Assembly (NCBI RefSeq): GCF_000186885.1
Contig: NC_014972.1
Location: 3,720,001-3,752,000, forward strand
DNA from: Desulfobulbus propionicus DSM 2032
Lineage (GTDB): Bacteria; Desulfobacterota; Desulfobulbia; Desulfobulbales; Desulfobulbaceae
DNA: 32,000 nucleotides
Direction: 5' to 3'
Made by a program: the position numbers and the translations under genes. A model generated the notes under the pieces. The model saw nothing but the letters and a program-made list of their open reading frames with translations. It had not been told where the DNA came from and did no database searches. This document shows positions 13,153 through 21,655 of this stretch, piece after piece; within the stretch, counting starts at the first letter, position 1; the number at the start of each line of letters is the position of its first letter.

Positions 13153-14005
13153 CCTGCAGACACATGTCCGCCTTGTTGAGGGTGTAGAGATGGACACCGG
13201 GGGCCCCGCCGGCGAGCAGCCCCTTGACCTGTTCGCGCGCGTAGGCCACGCCGATCTCGTAGACCGCCTCGGCCCCGCCCTCGTCGTGGGCCTTGATCAG
13301 GGCGTTGATCAACCGGCCCGGAATGCGGGCATTGCACATCTCCAGGACAAAACGCAGCGAACCCAGATTGCGGATGGGCAGGATGCCCGGCACGATGGGC
13401 ACGTTCACGCCCCGGACCCGCAGCCGTTCCACATAGTCGAAGTAGGTCCGGTTGTCGAAATACAGCTGGGTGATGACGAAATCGGCCCCGCACTCCACCT
13501 TGCGCTGCATGACTTCAAGGTCCGCCGCAAAGGAGGGGGCCTCGGCATGGCCTTCGGTGAATCCGGCCACGCCGATGGCCAACCGCGGATGATGGCTGCG
13601 GATATAGGTCACTAGGTCCGAGGCATGGGGGAAGGCGGCGAACAGTTCTGCATCGCTGCCGGTGAAGCCGGTCGGCCGGTCGCCGCGCAGGGCAAGCACG
13701 TTGTCGATACCCAGGGCCTTGATGGCCTCCAGGAAGCCGTCGATTTTCTCCGGATTGGCGGTAACCCCGGTCAGGTGAGGCATGACCTCAAAGCCGCAGC
13801 TGGTGATCAGCCGCTCGCAGATCTCCAGAGTGTTGCTTTGGGTGGAACCGCCGGCGCCGTAGGTCACCGAGGCGAATAGAGGGTGCAGTTGCTTGAGTTC
13901 CTGGGCCACTTCGAGGAAAGCCGGCCACTCTTCCTGCTTTTTCGGCGGGAAAAATTCGAGGGAAACAAACGGCCTGCGTTCTTTGATCAGTTGCGGAATC
14001 TGCAT
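13133..14005 (-). CDS. metF: Methylenetetrahydrofolate reductase
   Basis: SLEFFPPK, FASVTYGAGGST, HLTGVTA, LALRGDRP, GADFVITQLYFD, VPGILPI are typical MetF motifs. Confidence 0.95.
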   Translation of the reverse strand: MQIPQLIKERRPFVSLEFFPPKKQEEWPAFLEVAQELKQLHPLFASVTYGAGGSTQSNTLEICERLITSCGFEVMPHLTGVTANPEKIDGFLEAIKALGIDNVLALRGDRPTGFTGSDAELFAAFPHASDLVTYIRSHHPRLAIGVAGFTEGHAEAPSFAADLEVMQRKVECGADFVITQLYFDNRTYFDYVERLRVRGVNVPIVPGILPIRNLGSLRFVLEMCNARIPGRLINALIKAHDEGGAEAVYEIGVAYAREQVKGLLAGGAPGVHLYTLNKADMCLQVMDGLL

Positions 14006-14174
14006 TCTCGTACTCCTTGTCCATGATCCTGACGGTCAGATGGCGTTACGCACCGTCGGGCCGTCAGGGTGAAATCGACCTCTGGTCTTTTTGTCTAGAC
14101 GACTCTCTCAGGTTCCACCAATCACCTGGCCATGCAGGGATACGCCTGCTGTAACAGGGCCATCCCCATGGCGG

Positions 14175-14507
14175 TTACCGTCGCCGGGTTTTCTTTCCGC
14201 TCCACACCGGGTCCTGACCGAACCGGGCCTGCCACCAATCCTCGGGGTCGTAGATGTCGCGTTCATCGCTGCCGGCATCCTCCCGCCTGAGGGGAAACCG
14301 GTAGTCGGCGCAGTAGTGCATCAGCCGCTCATAGGCGGCGGTGATCCGGTACATCTGCTCGCCGCCCTGCTCACCGGGGGCCGTGTCCGGATGATGGACC
14401 TTGCTCAGGCGATGATAGGCCCGCTTGATCTCGGCCAGCGTCGCCCGCTCGCCGAGCCCCAGCACCTTGGCCGCCTGCTCGATGGCCTGCCACTGTTTGG
14501 CGTTCAC
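14175..14507 (-). CDS. J-domain (DnaJ-like) protein, ~110 aa
   Basis: KVLGLGERATLAEIKRAYHRLSKVHHPDTAPG...MYRITAAYERLM is a J-domain with an HHPD (HPD) motif. GTG start (14505-14507) overlaps plsY stop. Confidence 0.75.
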   Translation of the reverse strand: MNAKQWQAIEQAAKVLGLGERATLAEIKRAYHRLSKVHHPDTAPGEQGGEQMYRITAAYERLMHYCADYRFPLRREDAGSDERDIYDPEDWWQARFGQDPVWSGKKTRRR

Positions 14508-15121
14508 GTCTCGGCCTCGACCTTCCGTTTCCACGATTTTTCCGTGCCCTTGAGCAGCCGGCCGATGTTCTCCCGGTGCTTGGTCCAGATCATCGCCACG
14601 ATGAACGCCGCCAGGCCCAGCTTCCAAGCCGGGGCATGCAGCAAGGGCAGCCAAAGCAGGATCGAGAGCGAGCCGAGCAGGGAGCCCAGGGAGACAAAGC
14701 CGGAAAGGAAGACCGAGGCAACGAAGACCAGCACACAGCCAAACACCGCCACCGGGGCAAGGCAGAGAAAGGCACCCAGGGCGGTGGCCACGCCCTTGCC
14801 GCCCTTGAAGCGCAGATAGACCGGAAACATGTGGCCCAGCACCGAGGCCGCACCGCACAGGGCGATGATCAGGTCGCGATGCGGGGCGTTCTGGAAGAGC
14901 ATGGCGGTGAGAAACATGGGCACATAGCCCTTGGCGACATCCAGGACCAGGGTCAGGGCGCCCATCTTCTTGCCGAGCAGGCGGGTGACGTTGGTCGCGC
15001 CGATGTTTTTGCTCCCCTCGGTGCGGATATCGATGCCGCTGCGCCGGGACAGCAGCAGGCCAAAGGGAACAGCCCCCAGCAGATAGGACAGAACTATACA
15101 GATAATGGCAAGGCTGTTCAT
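14504..15121 (-). CDS. plsY: Glycerol-3-phosphate acyltransferase PlsY
   Basis: SYLLGAVPFG, GSKNIGATNVTRLLGKK, LGHMFPVYLRFKGGKGVATALG, KHRENIGRLLKGTE. Confidence 0.95.
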   Translation of the reverse strand: MNSLAIICIVLSYLLGAVPFGLLLSRRSGIDIRTEGSKNIGATNVTRLLGKKMGALTLVLDVAKGYVPMFLTAMLFQNAPHRDLIIALCGAASVLGHMFPVYLRFKGGKGVATALGAFLCLAPVAVFGCVLVFVASVFLSGFVSLGSLLGSLSILLWLPLLHAPAWKLGLAAFIVAMIWTKHRENIGRLLKGTEKSWKRKVEAET

Positions 15122-15161
15122 ACGCGTTTGTTATGCGGGTCAAAAAATGACAGGCAAGGCA

Positions 15162-16022
15162 TTAGGCCTTGTTGTGCCGAAAGATCATTTCCAGTTCGCA
15201 GGCCGCGGCATAGGCGCCGATCTCCTCCTGGAGCAGGCGGACATAGGGACAGTCCACCACCGCCAGGAGGGATTGGCGCAGCCGCAGGGCTGGCTGTCCT
15301 TGGTGTTCGACCGATTCGACCACATAGGGAAAGATCTGCGGTCGGCGGCAGACCTCGGGACGGTGCGGGTAGACCCGGCAGCGGCCCGACAGCTCCAGGT
15401 TGGGACAGCGGCTGGCCGTGGGCAGGATCACGCTCCAGCCAGGCTGCCAGTGGATCAGCAGCGGGTCGGTGCGATCGTAAAACTCGCCGTTCGCCACCTG
15501 CAGCGGCGGTTCGTCCCCTGGCCGGCAGGAGCGGGAGGCCGACGTGTCAACCCGCGTGAGCGGGAACAACTCGTGTTCGCCCGGCCGCAGCGGAATCTCA
15601 AACCAGGTCTGGGCCATCTCCGCCTCCGGTCCGACACAGCACAGGACGCAGCCGCAGGGCGCGCACAGCAGGCTGTTGATTCGTTCCAGCTCGCGGGTGA
15701 GCACGCGTTGCGCCACCAGGGCCGTGGTCGCGCTCAGAGCCTCCAACGGCTGGCCGTCGATGTCGATCACCCGTTCCCGGGGCGGCTGGCCGGCCTTGAA
15801 CGCTGCCAGGGGTTGGAGCAGATCGCTGTAGGGCGCCAGGATCGTCGCCGCGTCGGCATAGCAGGCAAAACCGGTCTCGATCTCCGCTGGCAGCTCGGCA
15901 ATCACCTCGTCCACGGTGGCAAAGTCGCCGGTCAGGAACAAGAACTGAACAATCGAGACCAGGGGCAGGACCGGCTGCCGCAACAGGGCACATCCTTCCG
16001 TCAACGCTTCTTTTTCGACCAT
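15162..16022 (-). CDS. YkgJ-like cysteine-cluster (putative Zn/Fe-binding) protein
   Basis: CAPCGCVLCC...CPNLELSGRCRVYPHRPEVCRRPQIFPY pattern resembles the YkgJ/CxxCxxCC family. Confidence 0.65.
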   Translation of the reverse strand: MVEKEALTEGCALLRQPVLPLVSIVQFLFLTGDFATVDEVIAELPAEIETGFACYADAATILAPYSDLLQPLAAFKAGQPPRERVIDIDGQPLEALSATTALVAQRVLTRELERINSLLCAPCGCVLCCVGPEAEMAQTWFEIPLRPGEHELFPLTRVDTSASRSCRPGDEPPLQVANGEFYDRTDPLLIHWQPGWSVILPTASRCPNLELSGRCRVYPHRPEVCRRPQIFPYVVESVEHQGQPALRLRQSLLAVVDCPYVRLLQEEIGAYAAACELEMIFRHNKA

Positions 16023-16205
16023 GTCGCTCCCAGGAAAAGTTTGGCCCGCACCCTACACAAAAAACCGCCGAAAAACAAGCCGCCAGCTCGCCAACCCCGG
16101 CCACGGGGCGCAGACGGCTTTACTTTGGCCCGCAAACTGATTACATAAAAAAACAACTTTCCACCACCCGGAACGGTGCCGCGCACCACCAACCCATCAC
16201 AGAAA

Positions 16206-16712
16206 ATGGCTATTCGAGAGATTATCACCTATCCGCATCCGGTGCTCCGGCAAAAGGCGGAAAAAATCACCGTCTTTGACCAGGAACTGGCAACCCTGAT
16301 CGAGGACATGGCCGACACCATGTACAATGCCCCCGGTGTCGGCCTGGCGGCCAACCAAATCGGCGTGGCCAGGCAGTTGGTGCTGGTGGACCGCTCCACC
16401 AAGGACAACGAGCGGAACTACCTCGTCCTGATCAATCCGGAGATTTCCGCTGGTGAGGGGTCGGTCACCGACGAGGAGGGCTGCCTGAGCGTGATCGAGT
16501 GCTACGACAAGGTCAAGCGCTTCAAAAAAATTCACGTCACTGCGCTGGACAGGGAGGGCAATCCGCTGGAATTCGACGCCGAAGACCGTTTTGCCCGCAT
16601 CATCCAGCACGAGGTCGATCACCTGCTCGGCACCCTGTTCATCGACCGGCTCAGTTCGCTCAAGCGCGCCCTGTACAAGAAAAAGCTGAAAAAAATCCTC
16701 CAGGACACATGA
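16206..16712 (+). CDS. def: Peptide deformylase
   Basis: PGVGLAANQIGV, EEGCLSV, IIQHEVDHLLGTLFIDR (HExxH). Start placed at MAIREIITYPHPVL. Confidence 0.97.
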   Translation: MAIREIITYPHPVLRQKAEKITVFDQELATLIEDMADTMYNAPGVGLAANQIGVARQLVLVDRSTKDNERNYLVLINPEISAGEGSVTDEEGCLSVIECYDKVKRFKKIHVTALDREGNPLEFDAEDRFARIIQHEVDHLLGTLFIDRLSSLKRALYKKKLKKILQDT

Positions 16713-17653
16713 TGGACCTGCCGCTGCGAATCGTGTTCATGGGCACGCCCGATTTTGCCGTGCCCTCGCTCCAGGCCCTGATCGACGGACCGGAGCAGGT
16801 GGTGGCCGTGGTCTGCCAACCCGACCGCCAGCGCGGCCGGGGCAAGGTGCTCAGCCCGCCGCCGGTCAAGGTGCTGGCCGAACGCCATGGCCTGCCGATA
16901 CTGCAACCGGACTCGGTGCGTACCGAGGTCTTTTTGACGCAGATGCGGGAATTGGCGCCGGATCTGGTGGTGGTGGTGGCCTACGGCAAGATCTTGTCTG
17001 AGAGCCTGTTGCAACTGCCCCGCCTCGGAGCGATCAACGTTCACGGTTCGCTTTTGCCCCAGTATCGAGGTGCGGCGCCGATCCAATGGGCGGTGATCAA
17101 TGGCGAGGCCGAGACCGGCGTCACCATCATGCAGATGGATGCAGGCATGGACACCGGCGACATCCTCCTGATCGTGCCGACACCCATCGGACCGCAGGAG
17201 ACGGCGGGCGAACTGTTTGACCGGTTATCCCAGCTCGGCGGGGCGGCCTTGGTCACGGCCGTCGAGCAGCTCAAGCAGGGCCAGTTACCCCCACGCCCCC
17301 AGAATCACGCCCTGGCCAGCATGGCGCCGATGCTGCGCAAGGAGATGGGCCATCTCGACTGGAACCTGCCCGCCGCCCGGTTGCACTGTCTGATCCGGGG
17401 ACTCGACCCCTGGCCTTCGGCCTACGGCTTCATCGATGGCACGCGCTATCGCTTTTTCTCGCCCGAAATCGTCCCGGTCCGCCCGGCTGATCCGCCCGGT
17501 ACCCTTTGCCGCGTTGACAGCCAGGGCCTGTTGATCGCCACCGGCGAAGACTGCCTGCTTCTTCGCGACATTCAGCCCGAGGGCAAGAAACGGATGCCGG
17601 TGGCCGCCTGCCTGCATGGCATTCGCCTGCAGCCCGGCATGGTTATTACCTGA
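16709..17653 (+). CDS. fmt: Methionyl-tRNA formyltransferase
   Basis: RIVFMGTPDFAVPSLQALI, GAINVHGSLLPQYRGAAPIQWAVINGE, MDAGMDTGDIL. Start overlaps def stop; track ORF start (16499) is an upstream extension over def. Confidence 0.96.
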   Translation: MMDLPLRIVFMGTPDFAVPSLQALIDGPEQVVAVVCQPDRQRGRGKVLSPPPVKVLAERHGLPILQPDSVRTEVFLTQMRELAPDLVVVVAYGKILSESLLQLPRLGAINVHGSLLPQYRGAAPIQWAVINGEAETGVTIMQMDAGMDTGDILLIVPTPIGPQETAGELFDRLSQLGGAALVTAVEQLKQGQLPPRPQNHALASMAPMLRKEMGHLDWNLPAARLHCLIRGLDPWPSAYGFIDGTRYRFFSPEIVPVRPADPPGTLCRVDSQGLLIATGEDCLLLRDIQPEGKKRMPVAACLHGIRLQPGMVIT

Positions 17654-18846
17654 TGCTGACCGCCTATCTCGATTGCTTTTCCGGGGTCAGCGGCGACATG
17701 CTGCTCGGCGCCCTGATCGATAGCGGAGTGCCCGAGACCGTGCTGCATCGGGTGGTGGCGGCCCTGCACCTGGACGGTGTCACCCTGCGGGTGGAGCATC
17801 CGATTGTTCAAGGATTTGCCGCCACCCGGGTCAGCGTGGTCTGTCAGCACCGCCACGATGCTCATCACGACCATCACCCGCATCGTCATCTGGCCGAGAT
17901 CAGCGCCCTGCTCCACCGGGCCGACCTGTCGCCACGGGTCCGCGATACCTCCCTGGCCGTCTTCACCCGCCTGGCCGAGGCCGAAGCCGCGGTGCACGGC
18001 ACCACCCTCAACCGCATCCATTTCCACGAGGTCGGCGCGGTCGATGCCCTGGTCGACATCGTCGGCACGGTGGCCGGGATTGAGGCGCTCAACATCGGTC
18101 GTCTGATCTGCTCGCCCCTGCCCCTGACCCGGGGCTGGGTAAACTGCGCCCACGGCGACATTCCCCTGCCCGGACCGGCGGTGTGCCGGCTGCTGGAAGG
18201 GGCGCCGGTCTATGGCGAACACCTGGAACAGGAACTGGTCACCCCGACCGGCGCGGCCCTGGTGGCCGAACTGGCCGACGATTTCGGGCCCATGCCGCCG
18301 ATACGGCTGACGCACACTGGATACGGCGCCGGTTCCCTGCAGCGTGCCGACGGCCGGCCCAACCTGTTGCGCCTCCTTCTCGGCCAAGGCGTCGAGGTGG
18401 CCGAGGTCCAGCAAGTCGAGGTGATCGAGACCCATGTGGACGACTGGAATCCGGAATTCTGGCCCCATGTCAGCGCCCGCTTGATGGCCGAAGGCGCCCT
18501 GGATGTCTGCCTGATCCCCATGCAGATGAAGAAGGGGAGGCCCGGCTTTCTGCTACGGGTGATCGCCGATCCGGCCAGCCGCGATGCCCTCACCACGGTG
18601 CTGTTCAGCGAAACCAGCGCCATCGGCCTGCGCATGCGGCGCGAGCAACGGATCACCCTGCCCCGCGAGACGGTCAGCGTGACCACCCCCTGGGGTGAAT
18701 TGACGGCCAAGAAGATCGTCACCCCCGGCGGCACGGTCATCGCCCCGGAATACGAGGTCTGCCGCCAGGTCGCGGAAGCCCATCGGGTGCCGCTGCGCGA
18801 GGTCTATGCCGCCGTGGAGCGGCACAGTTCTCCGAGGCAGGTCTGA
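17653..18846 (+). CDS. larC: Nickel pincer cofactor biosynthesis protein LarC (single uninterrupted ORF)
   Basis: YLDCFSGVSGDMLLGAL start, internal His-rich loop HRHDAHHDHHPHRH, HFHEVGAVDALVDIVG, LVTPTGAALV, conserved C-terminal half (TNVDDWNPE-like, ETHVDDWNPEFWPHV; MKKGRPG). Confidence 0.93.
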   Translation: MLTAYLDCFSGVSGDMLLGALIDSGVPETVLHRVVAALHLDGVTLRVEHPIVQGFAATRVSVVCQHRHDAHHDHHPHRHLAEISALLHRADLSPRVRDTSLAVFTRLAEAEAAVHGTTLNRIHFHEVGAVDALVDIVGTVAGIEALNIGRLICSPLPLTRGWVNCAHGDIPLPGPAVCRLLEGAPVYGEHLEQELVTPTGAALVAELADDFGPMPPIRLTHTGYGAGSLQRADGRPNLLRLLLGQGVEVAEVQQVEVIETHVDDWNPEFWPHVSARLMAEGALDVCLIPMQMKKGRPGFLLRVIADPASRDALTTVLFSETSAIGLRMRREQRITLPRETVSVTTPWGELTAKKIVTPGGTVIAPEYEVCRQVAEAHRVPLREVYAAVERHSSPRQV

Positions 18847-18849
18847 GCC

Positions 18850-19308
18850 GTGGACCGCCTGCTGATGTTCATCGCCACCGGAGCCTACAGCGGCTATCTG
18901 CCCAAAGCGCCCGGCACCTGGGGATCGGCGGTGGGCGTGTTGCTCTGGTTGGTCCTTTGTCGCCTGCAGCCGACTTCCTATTGGTCGATCCTGGGCATTC
19001 TGTTCGTGATCGGCGTGTTCAGCGCCGGCGCGGCGGAAAAGATTGTCGACCGGGGCGATCCAAGCCTCGTGGTCATCGATGAGATTGTCGGCCAGTTGCT
19101 TGCCCTCAGCCTGGCTCCCGCGCATCCGGCCGCCGCACTCGCCGGGTTTGCGCTCTTTCGCCTGTTCGATATCCTCAAGCCTTTTCCGGTCGGTTGGGTC
19201 GATACCCATCTCCACGGTGGATTGGGCATCATGCTCGACGATGTGGTGGCCGGACTGTATGCCCTGGCGGTCCTCCAACTCGGTTTGTGGCTGGTGCGGA
19301 TGATGTAG
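18850..19308 (+). CDS. pgpA: Phosphatidylglycerophosphatase A
   Basis: ATGAYSGYLPKAPGTWGSAVGV, DRGDPSLVVIDEIVGQLLAL, FRLFDILKPFPVGWVD, GGLGIMLDDVVAG. Confidence 0.93.
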   Translation: MDRLLMFIATGAYSGYLPKAPGTWGSAVGVLLWLVLCRLQPTSYWSILGILFVIGVFSAGAAEKIVDRGDPSLVVIDEIVGQLLALSLAPAHPAAALAGFALFRLFDILKPFPVGWVDTHLHGGLGIMLDDVVAGLYALAVLQLGLWLVRMM

Positions 19309-19456
19309 GGCAGGATGCACGCGGAAAAATTCAGGATAACCGAGGCCATTCCTGGCATCTCCAACATCCTCCGCCCTTGCCCTTTTTGCCCTGACCAAGG
19401 ATGCATCGATGCTCAGGTCGGAGCGATATAAATATACTGTCCCCTGAATTCGCTCG

Positions 19457-19495
19457 ACAAACAAACGAGCCCCTTGCGGGAAAGCAAGGGGCTCG
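19457..19495 (-). terminator. Rho-independent terminator downstream of pckG
   Basis: 12-bp perfect stem CGAGCCCCTTGC/GCAAGGGGCTCG with 6-nt loop; on the minus strand followed by TTTGTTTG. Confidence 0.85.
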
Positions 19496-19515
19496 CGGAA
19501 GGTTTGAAAAAATGG

Positions 19516-21450
19516 TTACAGATCCTGTGGTTTGACGATCCCGCCTTTGGCGGCCTTGAGTGCCAGCAGACCGGCCTTCTGTTCGGCATAGACGGCAAAC
19601 AGCCGTTCGGACGCGCCCTGTTCCTTGCGCCAGGCGGCTTCCTGCAGATCGATACGCGCAACCACGTTGTCGATGTAGAGGGAGAACTGCATGGTGTAGA
19701 GTGATTCGGGATATTCCTTGTTGATCTTGTCCGTGAACAGCTTCTTCAGATCCTGGTATTGGGGAATCAGGCCGATGGGCGTTTCAATGGCCTGGACATC
19801 GCCATGGGCATACAGTTCGAGCCACCCCAGCCACACATGGACATCCCGCTTTTCCCCGAGCAATCCCGTGCCGCTCCCGCCCCGCGCCTCGTGGGTCAGG
19901 AAGTAGTTGAGTCCGGCCATGACCGGCTTGCGGGTCATCTTGGGGTTGCCGTAAAAGGCCAGCTGGGCATCGAGGTAATCGGTCAACGGCCCGGCGACAA
20001 AGGGGGTATTGGCCCAAGGCTGACGATTGACACCGCTGGCCCCGATCTCGGCGGCCGTGGCCTTGGAAACGATCGAGGCACCGATGGCCACCCCGGCATC
20101 CATGTTTTTCGCCACCCAGATCGGCGGCATGGTGTTGCTGTCGCGACCGGAGTAGGTGATGACCTCGATCACAAGCCCCTTGGGGTCGGCATTGGCGGCC
20201 CTGTTATGGTTGCCCACGGTCTCCGCCCGCAGGGTGCAGCGCGAATTGGGATGGGACATGGGCACGCCGGTCATGTCCTTGGTCCATTTGCCTTGGAAGT
20301 TGACCCCGCTTTCGGCAAGCGGCTCGCCGTCGCCGGTCCACCGCGGCTTACCCTGCTCGTCGATGAGGACGTTGGAAAAGATCACTTCGGCACCGGGCTG
20401 GCGCAAACATTTCATCAGGTAGGGGTCGCCGTCCTGGTTGACATCCTCGATGATGCCGAAGATGCCAATCTCCGGATTGACCGCCCGCAGGGTGCCGTCG
20501 TGCTCGATCCACATCTGGGCGAGGTCGTCGCCGATAAAATCGCTGCCGACCATGGCGGTGGTGGTCTTGCCGCAACCCGAGGGCGCGGCGCCGGCAAAGT
20601 AGGTCTTTCGACCTCCGGGGCCGGTCATGCCGGTGATGAACATGTGCTCGGAAAGTTCCTCACCGTTGCGCTTGTACATGGCGCAGTCGGAGGCAAAACG
20701 GTGATTGCCCTTTTTCATCAGCAGGGTGTTGCCGGCATAGGTGCAGAGAAAGGAAAAGGTGGTCTGCCAGCTGCGGTCCATGTAGATACGGGCCCGGGGC
20801 ACATCCTCGGAACGGTTTGTCCCTTCGGAGTGGACGTTGGTGAAAAATTCGCCCCTGCGAGCCACCTCGGCGTCAAAGTCGGCAAAACAGTTGCGGTAGA
20901 GCAGCTCGGCGGAATGCATCACATAGGTGGAGCTGGAGATCTCGATGGCCGGGATGGAGGCCTGGGCACCCACGGGCCCGCGGCTGTAGAAGCCGACGAA
21001 CATGGTCTTGCCGCGCATGATGCCGCGCATGGTGTCGCGGATGTATGCATGCGACGTTTCCCGCAGCTCTTTTTTGGCCAGGGAGGAAACCTGTTCGTCG
21101 TCATTGACGATATAGAAGGTCTGGTCAACCATACGGCCTTGGTCTTCGGGCAGGTCGAAATGGATGGTGTGGCCGGGGAGAGCCAGCGGTTTTTCCTCTC
21201 CCTTCTCCAAACTCATCCGCCGCACGGTCGCGCAATCCTCTTCGCTGCCGGTATGGATATACACCTGATCAGGATCACACATGGCAATGGCGTTGGCAAC
21301 CTTGAGCAGCGCCTCTTCATTCTTGATCATGGCGAGCCGGCCGCGATGTTCGTTGTCGAGTCGCTGCTCGAACAGTTTCCTGGCCTCATTGATGGACGTA
21401 ACACCGCCAACCGTTGATAAAATATCAACGCCCTTCTTAAACTCCAACAT
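19516..21450 (-). CDS. pckG: Phosphoenolpyruvate carboxykinase (GTP)
   Basis: VYIHTGSEEDC, FVGFYSRGPVGA, FFTNVHSEGTN, FAGAAPSGCGKTTTAM, TYSGRDSNTMPP, GASIVSKATAAEIG are typical of the GTP-dependent family. Start placed at MLEFKKGV rather than the track start 21504. Confidence 0.95.
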   Translation of the reverse strand: MLEFKKGVDILSTVGGVTSINEARKLFEQRLDNEHRGRLAMIKNEEALLKVANAIAMCDPDQVYIHTGSEEDCATVRRMSLEKGEEKPLALPGHTIHFDLPEDQGRMVDQTFYIVNDDEQVSSLAKKELRETSHAYIRDTMRGIMRGKTMFVGFYSRGPVGAQASIPAIEISSSTYVMHSAELLYRNCFADFDAEVARRGEFFTNVHSEGTNRSEDVPRARIYMDRSWQTTFSFLCTYAGNTLLMKKGNHRFASDCAMYKRNGEELSEHMFITGMTGPGGRKTYFAGAAPSGCGKTTTAMVGSDFIGDDLAQMWIEHDGTLRAVNPEIGIFGIIEDVNQDGDPYLMKCLRQPGAEVIFSNVLIDEQGKPRWTGDGEPLAESGVNFQGKWTKDMTGVPMSHPNSRCTLRAETVGNHNRAANADPKGLVIEVITYSGRDSNTMPPIWVAKNMDAGVAIGASIVSKATAAEIGASGVNRQPWANTPFVAGPLTDYLDAQLAFYGNPKMTRKPVMAGLNYFLTHEARGGSGTGLLGEKRDVHVWLGWLELYAHGDVQAIETPIGLIPQYQDLKKLFTDKINKEYPESLYTMQFSLYIDNVVARIDLQEAAWRKEQGASERLFAVYAEQKAGLLALKAAKGGIVKPQDL

Positions 21451-21531
21451 CCTGCCTCCGTGGGATTTTCTCTCTGAATTAATAGGGGGGAACTGTTGTA
21501 CCACAGTTGATTACAAGTTTGTAAAATATAA

Positions 21532-21560
21532 TATTTAGCTCGATTTTCCTGAATACGCAA
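21532..21560 (-). promoter_or_regulatory. Possible sigma70-like promoter for pckG
   Basis: Minus strand TTGCGT - 17 nt - TAAATA within an unusually AT-rich intergenic block upstream of pckG. Confidence 0.35.
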
Positions 21561-21587
21561 ACAAGAATACGCTATTTTTGAGCTTTT

Positions 21588-21616
21588 CCAAAAAAAGACA
21601 GCCGTCCTTTGACGGC
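21588..21616 (-). terminator. Rho-independent terminator downstream of pyk
   Basis: Minus strand GCCGTC-AAAG-GACGGC, then TGTCTTTTTTT. Confidence 0.75.
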
Positions 21617-21655
21617 AAGAAACTGGGCACAGGGCGGCACACGCACGGCGCTCTC

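Noticed and set aside
11641-13197. 518-aa minus-strand ORF opposite the MATE transporter
   Set aside because: Gln/His/Pro/Arg-rich shadow frame; the plus strand encodes a clear 12-TM MATE protein.
14175-14225. GGTCAGGACCCGG on the minus strand resembling an SRP RNA core (GGTCAGG..CCGGAAGGAAGCAGCC)
   Set aside because: Only the first few bases match; the segment encodes the C-terminus of the J-domain protein and lacks the GGAAGCAGCC element.
14175-15143. 322-aa minus ORF read as one protein
   Set aside because: Only the last ~110 codons look like a real J-domain protein; the rest overlaps plsY in another frame, so the CDS was shortened to 14175-14507.
19759-21417. 552-aa plus-strand ORF opposite pckG
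   Set aside because: Antisense of a confidently identified PEPCK; composition typical of a codon-position GC artefact.
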